Below are positions 10,247-22,478 of a stretch of 64,000 nucleotides of DNA, in pieces. The DNA lies in contig JBHGNT010000020.1 in the NCBI GenBank assembly GCA_043228905.1, positions 3,348,001 to 3,412,000 on the forward strand. The letters are read 5' to 3'. Both the position numbers and the translations under genes were made by a program. Under the pieces are notes generated by a model. The model did not search any database. It saw only the letters and a list, made by a program, of their open reading frames with translations, and was not told where the DNA came from. This DNA is from Azolla caroliniana. Taxonomy: Eukaryota > Plantae > Polypodiophyta. Position 1 is the first letter of the stretch. Each line of letters opens with the position of its first letter.

Positions 10247-12950
10247 AGGCTAGACGATGAAGGCTACACAGGTAGCATCCGAAACTGCGTAATGAAGTTC
10301 AGCAAGGGGAGCCTGATAGTGGCTCGGGCCCGGAAAGTCAACACATTGTACCTTATGAATGCCTGGTTGTGTCCGGAGGAGTTGAACGTGGCAGCCGACA
10401 CTGCCGGTGAGCTGTGGCACAAGAGACTGTGCCACATGAGTGAGAAGGGGATGAAGAGGCTTGCAGAAGACAACCTTATTCCAGTGAAGCATGTGCACCT
10501 GGAGAAGTGCACCGATTGCCTGGCCGGTAAGCAGAACCGAACCTCCTTCCACTCAAGGCCACCGACGAGACGTAGCGCACCATTGGAGTTGGTGCACACT
10601 GACGTGTGTCAAGTAGAAACGAAGTCACATGGCGGAGCCCAGTACTTCGTGACATTCATTGATGACCACAGCCGGAAGCTGTGGACGGCACCGTTGAAGA
10701 AAAAGGACCAAGTGTTGTGCGTCTTCAAAGAACTCCACGCAAGAGTGGAAAGGGAATCCGGCAAGAAGTTGAAAGCGATACGAGCGGATAACGGAGGGGA
10801 ATACCGGGGGCAGTTCGACGAGTACTGTCGCTCGAAGGGAATCCGGCTCGAGTTTACTGTGCCGAAGACGCCGAAACTGAACGGGCTGGCCGAGAGGATG
10901 AACCGGACCATAATGGAGAGGGTCCGGAGTATGCTGGCGCATGCGAAATTACCCAAGGGGTTTTGGGCTGAGGCAATGTCGACGGCGACATACGTGATAA
11001 ACAGATCACCCTCAGTACCTTTGGACGGAGACACGCCGCAGAGAGTGTGGACCGGTAGGGAAGTATCCTACCGGCATCTGAAGGTGTTCGGGTGTCTCGC
11101 ATATGTGCATGTGGCAAAGGACCGGAGAGGAAAGCTAGATCCAAAGACCCGGTCATGCATATTCCTCGGTTACGGCGATGACGAGTTCGGCTACCGAGTA
11201 TGGGACCCGGTCGACAAAAAGATATTCCGGAGTCGTGATATCATCTTCATGGAGGACAAGACACTCGCCGACTGGGAGTCGGAGAAGAAGATGAAGAGCT
11301 CCAAGTCGACCGGTGAGGATCAACTCTACGAGGAGCAGTCCCGACCGGCAAGGGACCAGTTAGCACTCGAGGATCCGGCCGAAGACGGTGAAGAAACAGA
11401 ACCGGCCGAGGAAGATGAAACTGATACCGGAACCAGCCCCGATCCCGAAATGGATTCGGATGAAGAGGAAACGGAGGAGCCGGTTACCGAAGCTCCGGAA
11501 CGGAGATATCCTCTAAGAGAGAGAAGGGCCCCCCGGAGATTTCCGGAACCAGAGCACGTGCTGCTAACCGACGAGGGGGAGCCGGAGAGTTTTGAAGAAG
11601 CAAAGCTTGACACCCATAGCCGCAGGTGGTTAAGTGCCATGCAGGAGGAGATGGATTCCCTGCATGAGAACCACACATATGAACTTGTGGAGTTGCCGAA
11701 AGGAAAGCGGGCACTTCGAAACAAGTGGGTGTTCAAGCTGAAACCGGGAGATGCCGGAAACCCCCCGAGATACAAAGCCAGGATCGTGGTGAAGGGGTTC
11801 CAGCAGAAGAAGGGCGTCGACTTCGACGAGATATTTGCCCCGGTAGTGAAGATGACCTCCATCCGGACGGTGCTGAGCATAGCGGCAAGCATGGACCTCG
11901 AGGTAGAACAGATGGACGTGAAGACGGCATTCCTTCACGGTGACCTTGAAGAAGAGATCTACATGCAGCAACCGGAAGGATTCGAGAAGAAAGGGAAGGA
12001 GCACCTGGTATGCCGGTTGAAGAAGAGCCTTTACGGACTGAAGCAGGCTCCCCGGCAATGGTACCGGAAGTTCGACTCTTTCATGACCGACGAAGGGTAC
12101 CACAAAACGCAGTCCGATCACTGCGTGTTTGTGAAGAAGTTCGAAGGAGGAGACTTTCTAATACTCCTCCTGTACGTGGACGACATGTTGATCGTCGGAC
12201 GGGACCAGGTCAAGATACGGATGCTGAAGAAAGCGCTTCACCGAACCTTCTCAATGAAGGACCTGGGTCCGGCGAGGCAAATACTAGGGATGCACATCAT
12301 CTGGGACCGGAAGAAGAAGCAGTTGTGGCTGTCACAGGAGAAGTACGTGACAAAGGTGCTTCACCGGTTCAACATGTCGGAAGCAAGACCGGTCGGGTCA
12401 ACCCTCCCGGCAAACTGCAAGTTGTCCAGCAAGCAAAGCCCCAAGACAAAGGCTGAGAAGGAGGACATGATGAAAGTACCATATGCCTCTGCCGTCGGAA
12501 GCTTGATGTACGCAATGGTGTGTACAAGACCAGACATAGGATATGCACTCGGAGTGGTGAGCCGGTACATGAGCAATCCCGGCAAAGAGCACTGGAACGC
12601 GGCCAAGTGGATACTCCGATACCTGAAGGGCACGGCAAACGTGTGCCTCCGATTCGGCTCCGGTAAGCCCGAACTCGACGGCTTTACCAATTCGGATATG
12701 TCGGCTGATGCAGATACCAGCCGGTCCACATCAGGGTATGTGATGACGTATGCAGGGGGAGCTGTTTCGTGGCAGTCGAGGCTGCAGAAGACGGTTGCGT
12801 TGTCAACCACGGAGGCGGAGTACATGGCGGCTGTTGAAGCCGGCAAGGAAATAATATGGATGAAGGACTTCATTAGAGAGCTCGGTATCCGGCAGGAGGA
12901 GTACCGACTCTACTGCGATAGTCAGAGTGCCATCCACCTTGCGAAGAATA
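10247..12950 (+). pseudogene. pol: Copia pol remainder (GAG-pre-integrase, IN, RT, truncated RNase H)
   Basis: WHKRLCH, DNGGEY, YKARIVVKG, QMDVKTAFLHG, LYVDDM, STTEAEY; ends by fusion to an LTR interior. Confidence 0.93.
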
Positions 12951-13060
12951 ACCCGAAAGTCATATTAGTATAAATATGACCTAGGGAAAACTTAATTGTA
13001 TGATGTAGAGTTGGTTGTATTATTATCGTTGTGGCGATAATTCAGAGCACAACTACGTAC

Positions 13061-13094
<34 letters not shown>

Positions 13095-13516
13095 GAAGAG
13101 GTTGTTGCCTCTGTTGTAACCACCTGGTGGCGAAGCGAGGGAGCAAGAGGTCGTTGCCTCTGTGCCCCATTGTTGTAATCTTGATATAGTGATATTTTGC
13201 AGTCTGAGGGCTACTGTGGTTTTTCCCAGATTTGGGTTTTCCATGTTAACATCCAGTGCACTCTCTTCTTTACTGTTTCGTGTGTAGATACATCTCACCA
13301 CATCCTTGTTTTCTGTGATTGATCCGATGTCTCGGTTGTGGCCGAGCATAGCTTAGGAAACCGTATTCCTATCAAATTGGTATCAGAGTGAAACGACACA
13401 GAAAAATGGACGAATCGTTGGGAGGCATGTTCAAGCTCACCGGCTCCAATTACTTGGTGTGGAAGTCGAAGATGAGGAACATGCTCGTGGTTAAAGATCT
13501 TTGGTTTCCGGTTTAG
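12947..13516 (+). mobile_element. Partial 5' LTR (to 13374), tRNA-iMet PBS (13378-13388) and gag stub (13406-13516) of another copia subfamily
   Basis: Family LTR motif CCGAAAGTCATATTAGTATAAATATGAC; CCTATCA-AAT-TGGTATCAGAG; MDESLGGMFKLTGSNYLVWKSKMRNMLVVKDLW. Confidence 0.87.
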
Positions 13517-15377
13517 TTTAGGGTTTACCAATTAATGTTGTATCCTATCCCTTTCTGTGGCTTGCCCAGTTTGCTGACATAAATCACATTGTCAACAATA
13601 CTTGACTACGTTGTTTGAGGTAGTCGGCCACCATAGACCACTATTCGAAATTTTTCTTGCCATTGCCTCTCCAACATAATGTCTGCCATCAATACCACAG
13701 TGGGCCTCATGCAAAACTGCTTGTTTTTCGAATTGCCGAACTGCACGTAACCATATGCCGTCTGCTCCTTTATGGTATAATGTGTCGTTCAACAAATAGA
13801 AATTCCGACTTCAAACTGCTAGCCATTTTCTTTCATCTAGTAAAATTCCTTCAAGTGGCAGTCCGGTACTGAGAAAAGTCATCATTTTTGTGATCAATAA
13901 ATCTACCTTCTCTTCATCCATTTCTGTCAACTCCACTATGTCGACTCCAAAGAGTTGAGCGTCAGGAAAATCATCCTTTACTCTTGTACCCAAGTCTCCC
14001 AACTTTAGCCGACTTAGATAGTCGGCGACAGCATGTTGTACCCCTTGTCGGTGGATTATGTCGAATTCAAACTCCTGCAGCAGTAATGTCCTAACTATAA
14101 CAATGTTGAATGGTCAACATGAAATGTTATTTTCCACCCTCCTTTCAGCCTCTGGTGTTAAACATTCACAGAAATGGATGAAGAGAAGGTAGATTTATGG
14201 ATCATAGAACTGATGACTTTTCTCAGTACCAGACTGCCACTATGTCGACTCCAAAGAGTTGAGCGTCAAGAAAATCATCCTTTACTCTTGTACCCAACTC
14301 TCCTGACTTTAGCCAACTTAGGTAGTTGGCGACTGCATGCTGTACCCCTAGTCGGTGGATTATGTCGAATTCAAACTCCTGCAACACTAATGTCCTAACT
14401 ATAACAATGTTGAATGGTCGACATGAAATGTGTATTTGCGGCCAAACAGGTAATGACAAATTTTTTGTTGATACGATATATCGTGACGAGAGCCTCGCGT
14501 TTGGTCATCGAATAGTTGCAGTCCTCCATTCATAGCTTTTGACTCGCGTAATAAACCAATTTGTACTAGTTCGGCTCTGTCAGTTGCATTAAGGAGCTGA
14601 CAATTGCTACATCGGATACATCGATGAAGACATGAAACTCGTTCTCCCAATCGAGAGATTGTACAATTGGCACCTTAGTGACTATCTTTTTAAGACAAAC
14701 GTTGTCGTGCCTTTCGGCTCCGGATCGTTTGCGTGAGTCGGGTGGGAACCACCGGGGTTTTGGACTAGGAGAAAGAAAAATACAAATAAGGCTAGTAAAG
14801 AATAGGTATAAAGAGTTATAAGATAAGAATCTCGTGAATCCCATGAGTTTAGTATATTTAGTCAATATGTAGGTAGTAAGAGAGAATTATTTTAGCAAAT
14901 TCGTGAATCCCACGAATATTTTAGATTGATTGATCATTATAGAAAAATAATCAACAAAAACTACAATGTGCTCCCCATCCTTATATAGTGATGGGAGAGA
15001 CTAAGCATAGCTACATGTTTTTTTCTAATATGTTCATGCACACTAAATGTGCATGTGATGCTTTTCTAATCTTTGCCTTTATTTGCTAAATATAGTGCTC
15101 ATGCACGCTAGATGTGCATGAGTCACTTTTTAGTTGTTTGTGTTTTTCTATAAAATATTCACGCACTCTAAAAATGCATGATTTACCTTTTAATAAAGGT
15201 AGGCGCAAATAAAGCACTTATAGTTATTAAATCTATTTGTAGAACACTAAAGATAAGGTAGCATAATGGTAAAGTTGAGGTTTTGCTACGTTGAGGTACA
15301 GGGTTTGAATCTTGCCCTATGCACATGATAAATATTTTGATATTCTTATTTTATTTATTTATATGTAATTAAATCGG

Positions 15378-17436
15378 TTATATTATTTTTACTTTTTCAC
15401 GTAGTGTACGAAATACACTACGACACTCGCCCCCTCTGAACCCGCACATCCTCCGGTATGTGCCGAAGTTGCCGATGCTCGTTGTCTCCCCTTCATCCTC
15501 CGTTTGTCCCGCTATGTCAACTTTGTCTCTCCATTTTGAGTAGACCCATTCTTTCCACCCGAACCATTGTCGCCATCCGATCCACCATATTCTTTGCTCT
15601 CTCTCGTCATATTCTTGGCCCTTGTCATTCGTGGTAGTGTCTTTTACTGGCCTCTTTCTTGTCTTCATCAACCTTGACTTTTTTCCGGATCGCTCTCGTC
15701 TGATCAACTTTCGGTTTGATCGGCTTCCGATCGGATTCGTATTCGGCCGAATCGGAATCGGTTGTTCGGTTTTGATTGAGTCGGTCTCCTTCCGGCCCGG
15801 TTTCGATCTATCGGTTTCGGTTTCGGTTGGCTTTCTTTTCCTCGTTTTCACTAGCCTCGACCGGTCCAACCTCCGGTTGAGTCGGATTAGCTTCTTTCCG
15901 GATCGGTCTCGTCCGATCGGCTTTCGGCTAGGTCGGCTTCCATCCATATTCGCGTTCGGCCAAGTCAGACTCAGTCGACCGGTTTTGACCAAGTCGATCC
16001 CTTTTCGGGTCGGCTTTCTTTCAGGTCGTCTTTCGGCCGAATCCTCATTCGCCCGATTCAGCTTTCGTTTGTGTCGTCTTTCAGCCGAATTCTCTTCCTT
16101 TCGGTTCGGCTTTCTTTCGGGTCGACTTTCGGTCGAATCCTCTTTTACCCGGTTCGGCTTTCTTTCGGATCGGAATCCCATCCGGATCACCTTCCATCCT
16201 AACTGGCTTCCGACTTTACCTTTCTTGCCGCCACCTCCCGTCTCTCCGGTCTCACGTTGCTTCTCAGACACAACCGCCGAAATCTCTAGGATTAGTGGGT
16301 AGGAATCCTCGGTATTATCATCCTCCATTGTTTCACCCATAGCCATATTCTCGGCTATCTCTCCGTCGTATGCATCGACTTCGACCTTTGTTTTCTCTCC
16401 GCCACCTTCCGTCTCTTCGGTCTCACGTTGCCTTTCGAACGCAACCGCCGAAGTCTCTGGAATTAGTGGTGGGGAAGTCTCGATATGGCCATCCGTCGTT
16501 GATTCATCCATAGCCACCTTCAATTCGATGTCATCTTTCATGGTGACCTCCTCAATCAAGTCCTCCTTGCTATCTTTCACTGCATCAATTATGCTTACCC
16601 CTTTTTCACCCGATGTTTCGGACACTTGTAATCCGAAATCTTCTTCTACACTTGGGTTATTGGCCTTATCCTTCGTCGTTGTTCTTTCGCAAGACAAGAG
16701 GGTAGCTTGTTTTACACCCTCTTCCGTCGCACCATCATGTTGTATTTCGGCCTTCATATCGGCTCCATCGTTTGTCTTCAATCGACCATCCTTCATCAGC
16801 CATGTCGTTGACAAGATTCTCATCTTCCTCTCATCATGTCTCCGGCATACCCTTTGGACCTCGGCCCAATCTTCAGTAAGACCATTTGTACCTTCATCGT
16901 CTTCGAGTTCGATCCCGATGTCCATCCTTTCTTTTCGATCGATCGATTTTACGAACATTAGGACTTTATCCTCTCCCACCAATCGTTGTTCTCGCTCCGA
17001 GAGTCAAGCAAAATGATGCTCGAACTCTAAGAATGCTTGTGTTGCACTTCGGTGGGTCTTCTCTGATGCCACCCATTCGTCGAATTCTCGCCGATCTTTT
17101 CCCTTCGATCTCTTGTAATCATATGCCTCTCGTAAAGCTTCTTCGAAGGACCCCCATGTTGGATTTTGTTGCCGTATCTTGTAGATTCTTTCTTGTAACT
17201 CATCCGTGGCTACCCGACTGAAGGATATCACTTGCAATCCTTCCAGTATCCCACATCGCATCATCTCCCCTTTGTAGTCACGTAGATAGTGTGACACATC
17301 ATTTCCGTTGAATTCCCCATTTCGTCGCACAAGCCACTCTATTGCCGCCTTCATCTCCGTCATCGCGCGTTGTTCTTGTTGCATCCGCTCAACCATCATC
17401 ATCATCATGTTCATGGCCTCTTGTTGATTCTCCATC
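15378..17436 (-). pseudogene. Gag-like ORF with acidic and K/R-rich repetitive C-terminal extension; one in-frame TGA at 17004
   Basis: ORFs 17004-17636 and 15378-16982 share a frame; gag-like FNGNDVSHYLRDY and W..FEEAL; RKP-repeat region; Trp-rich tail; start coordinate approximate. Confidence 0.75.
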
Positions 17437-17452
17437 CCCTTGCCACCCGTCT

Positions 17453-17469
17453 TCACGTCGGGTTCACCA
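17453..17469 (-). promoter_or_regulatory. Primer-binding site (tRNA-Trp)
   Basis: TGGTGAACCCGACGTGA 4 nt after the 5' LTR; complementary to the recalled plant tRNA-Trp 3' end TCACGTCGGGTTCACCA. Confidence 0.82.
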
Positions 17470-20400
17470 ACTGTGTCGTGCCTTTCGGCTCCGGATCGTT
17501 TGCGTGAGTCGGGTGGGAACCACCGGGGTTTTGGACTAGGAGAAAGAAAAATACAAATAAGGCTAGTAAATAATAGGTATAAAGAGTTATAAGATAAGAA
17601 TCTCGTGAATCCCACGAGTTTAGTATATTTAGTCAATATGTAGGTAGTAAGAGAGAATTATTTTAGCAAATTCGTGAATCCCACGAATATTTTAGATTGA
17701 TTGATCATTATAGAAAAATAATCAACAAAAACTACAATGTGCTCCCCATCCTTATATAGTGATGGGAGAGACTAAGCATAGCTACATGTTTTTTTCTAAT
17801 ATGTTCATGCACACTAAATGTGCATGTGATGCTTTTCTAATCTTTGCTTTTATTTGCTAAATATAGTGCTCATGCACGCTAGATGTGCATGAGTCACTTT
17901 TTAGTTGCTTGCGTTTTTCTATAAAATATTCACGCACTCTAAAAATGCATGATTTACCTTTTAATAAAGGTAGGCGCAAATAAAGCACTTATAGTTATTA
18001 AATCTATTTATAGAACACTAAAGATAAGGTAGCATAATGGTAAAGTTGAGGTTTGGCTACGTTGAGGTACAGGGTTTGAATCTTGCCCTATGCACATGAT
18101 AAATATTTTGATATTCTTATTTTATTTATTTATATGTAATTAAATCGGTTATATTATTTTTACTTTTTCACGTAGTGTACGAAATACACTACGACAACGT
18201 ATGCACCTTGCTCAGTTGTCATCCATTGAAAAGGTATTTTATGCACTGCCGCATATAAGGGTGTTGCCACATCAGCTAAATACCGAATCATCTAGCTAAG
18301 CCATCTTATTTGGCCAAAAAATCTACTCAGAGCTTTGGCATTAGCCGGCGTCGATGCTTCCATAATTGCTTTCACTTTGTCGGGATCGACTATAATGCCT
18401 TTTCGACTGACAATATGTCTGAATAACGTACCACTTGTTACTCCGAATTCACATTTCGCAGGGTTGAGAGTCAAGCGTCCCTATCAACACGTTTCCAGAC
18501 ACAATTGGAGATGTTCCAAATGATCGGTTTTTTTGTTATAGACTGCAAAAATCATCTAGGCATACCTACATAAATTCAGGTATATAATCATTAAAATTTT
18601 CATGTCTAACCCGTTAAAACGTTGTCAAGGTTGTTTTTAAACCGAACATCATGACGACTATTACGAAAACTCCCCCATTGGTGACAAATATTGTCTTTTC
18701 CTAATCCACTGGGTGCGGGTGCATCCAAACCTGGTTATAGGCACTAAATCCTCCAGAAAGCTATAAATTTTGTGGTCAATGTCTGCTTCCAAAGTCCATC
18801 CGTAAAAGGTAATGGAAATGCATCCGTTATTGTGGCCGCATTTAGCTTTCTATAATCGACGCATACTCTGATCTTCCCATTCTTTTTTGGTACGACGACG
18901 ATTGGGCTTAACCAAGTTGCCTCTTTTAATTGTCCAATAAAACCGACTCTAAATAATTTGTCGATTTCCTCCTTTACTTTCACAACATAATTCGGGTTTA
19001 ATCTATACTCACGTTGTTGTACCGGCTTTGCATCTTTATGCAAACGCCGGATCTAATCTCTTCATATCTTCAAATTACCATGCCAAAACATCCTTATATT
19101 GACACAATAGGTCAGTCATCTTGGCTTTATTGGCCAACTCCATTTCTTTGGCAATGAGAATTGTCTTTTGTTCGGCATTAGCGTCGGCTAAATTTAATTC
19201 GTCTAATGTCGATGCCCAAACTCTTTGGGATACCTGCATCTCCCTTTCTGAAGCTTCTTGTTGAAGTCGTAATTCCCTTAATGTTTTGTCATCCAGAGGA
19301 ACTTCTTCTCCCTTATCATCCTCATCTATATACGGCGTGAGCGTCTGCATAATGTCGACTTCGAACAATGGAATTATCTTTGGATTTTCCTCAAAATATT
19401 TATCTTCTTTTGCCTCATCCAATCCTTCCAACATGTTTACTGCTTCGGCATGGATTTGTAAACATTGCCAAGTCATGTTCACCATCGCTTGTGTCGACAC
19501 CCGGATCTTACTCTTGCCCTTTCGGAACGTTAAGGTGATCTTATTCCAATTCTATTTGATATTAGCAGTCTTTAGCCAAGGTCAACCTAATGGCAATGGA
19601 TATGCACCACGTGCATCCAGATGAAGCACTACTATTGAAATTTGGAATGTTTGGCCTCCTATAATGACATCCAATTGTCAAATTTGACCGAGTAGTCGTA
19701 CTGTACTCATGCCAACCATTCTTAGCCTGAAGGGACAAGCATTCCATTTGGTAATGCCCAACCGATCACATGTGCCCTTATTAATCACATTAACTCCTGA
19801 TATGCCACCGACAATATTGCTTGTGACTTCTTAGCCACAAATCACAACTTTAATAGATGGACTTTGTTCATCCATCACTATCGGCCGTATAATTGAATCG
19901 CTATAAATGACCGACAATTTCTCTGCCCCATTCTGCGCAATAATCATTGCGACCTTCTCTGTGAATCTTGGCACTAATTTCAATAATCCCGCCGAGGGTA
20001 ATGTCACTTGGCAATCTGCCAAGATTTTCCATGTTTCCTCATCTTTAGGTGTCGTTTTGGGTGCCCACTGTCAGACTGGTTGAGCGTCGGATGATGCATC
20101 ATTGTCTTGCAATATTCTTGCGACATTATTGTTGTTGGCTTCTTCGACCCATTCCTTAGTCGCCTTCCATACCGCTTCTTGCACCTCCCACTCTGATTGT
20201 TTAACTTTAGTACGAGTGGTTACTTGTTGTATTTCCGATACCACCATATTTACTGTCGGGGCCTTTCCTCTTTTTGCATATGTAGTAATTTGGAACTGAT
20301 GAGCCACTAGATTCTCCGGGTTCATATTGAGGTCGATGAGCATCCTGAATTCAGAATTATCCCTGTCTCTGGAAACATGTTGAAATTGCTAAGACCCTTT

Positions 20401-21916
20401 CGGTTTTCGGTTGTCATTAAATCGACAATTTGGTGGTCGATTATCATCATTTCTTTTATGGTTATTAGACCTTCTGTCATACTGATAATGACTTCCTCTG
20501 TAGGGTTGTCAATTATTGTTATCTCGTCGTGGTAAGTAGTCCCCATCATAATTATTTCGACTATCCCGTTGGTAGTCATCTTGGCGATCCTCATCATATC
20601 GGTCATTACGCAAATAGTCATTATGTCGATAATTGTCTCTCTGATTATCATCTCGACAGAATTCCGCCGGTTATCATCTCTATGGTTATCTTCACGCCGA
20701 GAATCATCTCACCGCTCTGACTGATACCAGTCATCATATCTCGATCTTGTCGTCATGCGGCCAATTCCGATTTTCCTTATAACTATTTTCAGAATGAATT
20801 TGCCGAACCGGTGTGGTTGTTTTATTCAATAAATTATACTCACACTACTCAACTTAATGAGCTTTGGAATGGCAAATCGTACAATGAGTGCGTAAACTGC
20901 ATTCTAGTGTCGAATGCCCTATATTGAGGCAAGTAGTACACTTAACAACTTGCCTAAATCTGAACTCTTCTAATGTAGGTAAATTCCGATGTAACATCGA
21001 CATGTTCATATTGTTATTATTGTGCGTCTGATCCATTTCCAGAGCTTTATCTACCACTTGCTCTACTGATTCATTCCGGAAATCGAACACCGCTAGAGTT
21101 GTTCGAAGAAGTTCACGTATAGCCTTCGGCAAGATATCCTTCAATTCCTCTTCTAGAATTGGCCGCGAAATATGAAGTCGTAAGTTCTGAAATCAGATCA
21201 CAAATTGTGACACCATTTCATGTGGCTCTTGAAAGGCCGCATAGAATTGACCTATTAGATCCTTCTATGGGATCTGCCAATGAAACAATTGTAGGATCTA
21301 CCATCTCAGCCATCCAGTCTGCATAATGTTCCTCTTGCATTTGAACATATAATTCTAATTCGTCGACTTTCTTCTGTGCATCCCGGGTTTCTTGCTTCTG
21401 TCGTGTGACCATTTGTTTTAACTCTTGGATGGCTTTGTCTCGTTCATCACATTAACGAGTCGAACATTTTTGGTCCATTCTGGGCATACCAATTCGCTGA
21501 TGGACCGTCAAGAGATAAGACGAATTCAGCAATTTTGTATTTCTCCTCGGTTGCAGCTGACAATCGCTCTACCACATGGTTCACCTCCCATGTTGTCTGA
21601 AAATAATGCACATGCGCTTCTGCATTTGTGCCATCCCGATACTTTGAGTTAGGGTAAGGCATATTCTCCTCTTCCCAAATGTCATAAAAAGAATTATGTT
21701 CGGACTGCTCCTCGTCCGAATAGTTATCAGTTAAATCGGGAATTGCGCTCCACTCCCCCGCAGCTTCTTGCTGAGTCTGATTGATAGGTACCGAATCATT
21801 AGCCGTCCCACCTGCTACACATTGACTTCAATTGATCGTGTGTATGGTATTTTTCGGCCTACAGATGTATCCAAACTAGAAGACATCCATTTCCCTGGGC
21901 GCTGCTTATAGCATAT

Positions 21917-21934
21917 GTCCCACGAGGCATGCCA
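21917..21934 (-). promoter_or_regulatory. Degenerate PBS (tRNA-Arg UCU type)
   Basis: TGGCATGCCTCGTGGGAC 6 nt after the 5' LTR; 15/18 to the recalled TGGCACGCCCGGTGGGAC. Confidence 0.7.
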
Positions 21935-21940
21935 AAATAT

Positions 21941-22478
21941 TGTGTAGATCTACCGACAGTCGATTGTTGTAACCGATAGGCACAATAGGTCGAACGTTTT
22001 ATCAGGAGAATTGTGGTAGGAAATGAATAGATGAACTAGTGGTAATTACAAATTGTATTAACTGTGATTGACTACTGGTCTTAATATAATTACTTAGTAA
22101 GCATAGATAATCAAAGATCGACATTGAAAATAGCAATGAACAAAGATATTGTCGACATAGAGATACTCTAACCAATAATATATACTAATTCCAAAATAGA
22201 ATGATAGATTTACAAAGCTCTCAATCCTTCTTTTATAGGTGAACCGAGAGTCTCTTTCCAAGATTACCCTTGCCCTTGTTCGGCAAGAACTATTACAATA
22301 ATGTCCTAACTAATTCTAATATATTTTTCTACTTGGAAAATTTACTAATTGTTGACTCATCGATGTGACCCTTGGATCCGACTCCGACACTTCCATACTT
22401 GTTCGACTCCTTTTAACTTCCTTTCACATATGTCTTACTCCAATCCTAGTAGTCGACTCCGACTTTGACCGGCTAACA
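21941..22478 (-). repeat. 5' LTR of the degenerate Athila-like element
   Basis: TGTG...ACCGGCTAACA; minus-strand CCTATAAAAG; related to 43618-44118. Confidence 0.8.

Larger units (their letters stand above)
2596..12950 (+). mobile_element. Ty1/copia (Tnt1/Tork-like) element, 3'-truncated, interrupted by a chromovirus
   Basis: 5' LTR, tRNA-iMet PBS and gag-PR-IN-RT-RH order; RNase H breaks off at AIHLAKN. Confidence 0.93.
14703..18196 (-). mobile_element. Non-autonomous gag-only LTR retrotransposon (TR-GAG-like)
   Basis: 723-bp LTRs at 14703-15425 and 17474-18196, about 7 substitutions by eye; 4-bp TSD ACGT; minus-strand PBS TGGTGAACCCGACGTGA and PPT AGAGGGGGCGAG (15426-15437); no pol motifs. 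Confidence 0.92.
13525..22478 (-). mobile_element. Degenerate Athila-like Ty3/gypsy element, truncated in integrase and interrupted by 14703-18196
   Basis: Fragments homologous to 48780-54627 (SKYRD..AEAHVH, CTTCLNIGH, WLSPIVVVPKKNGKIRVCVDYRKLN, LYHKGADGIW); 5' LTR 21941-22478; many stops and frameshifts. Confidence 0.9.

Noticed and set aside
13511-13528. Telomere-like TTTAGTTTAGGGTTTA at a breakpoint (telo-box-like words also at about 30885 and 35090)
   Set aside because: Only one or two units; explained by mutated gag codons or chance; insufficient for telomerase healing
15250-15325. Functional tRNA gene
   Set aside because: A/B boxes are present but acceptor, anticodon and T stems do not pair convincingly; kept only as a tRNA-like relic
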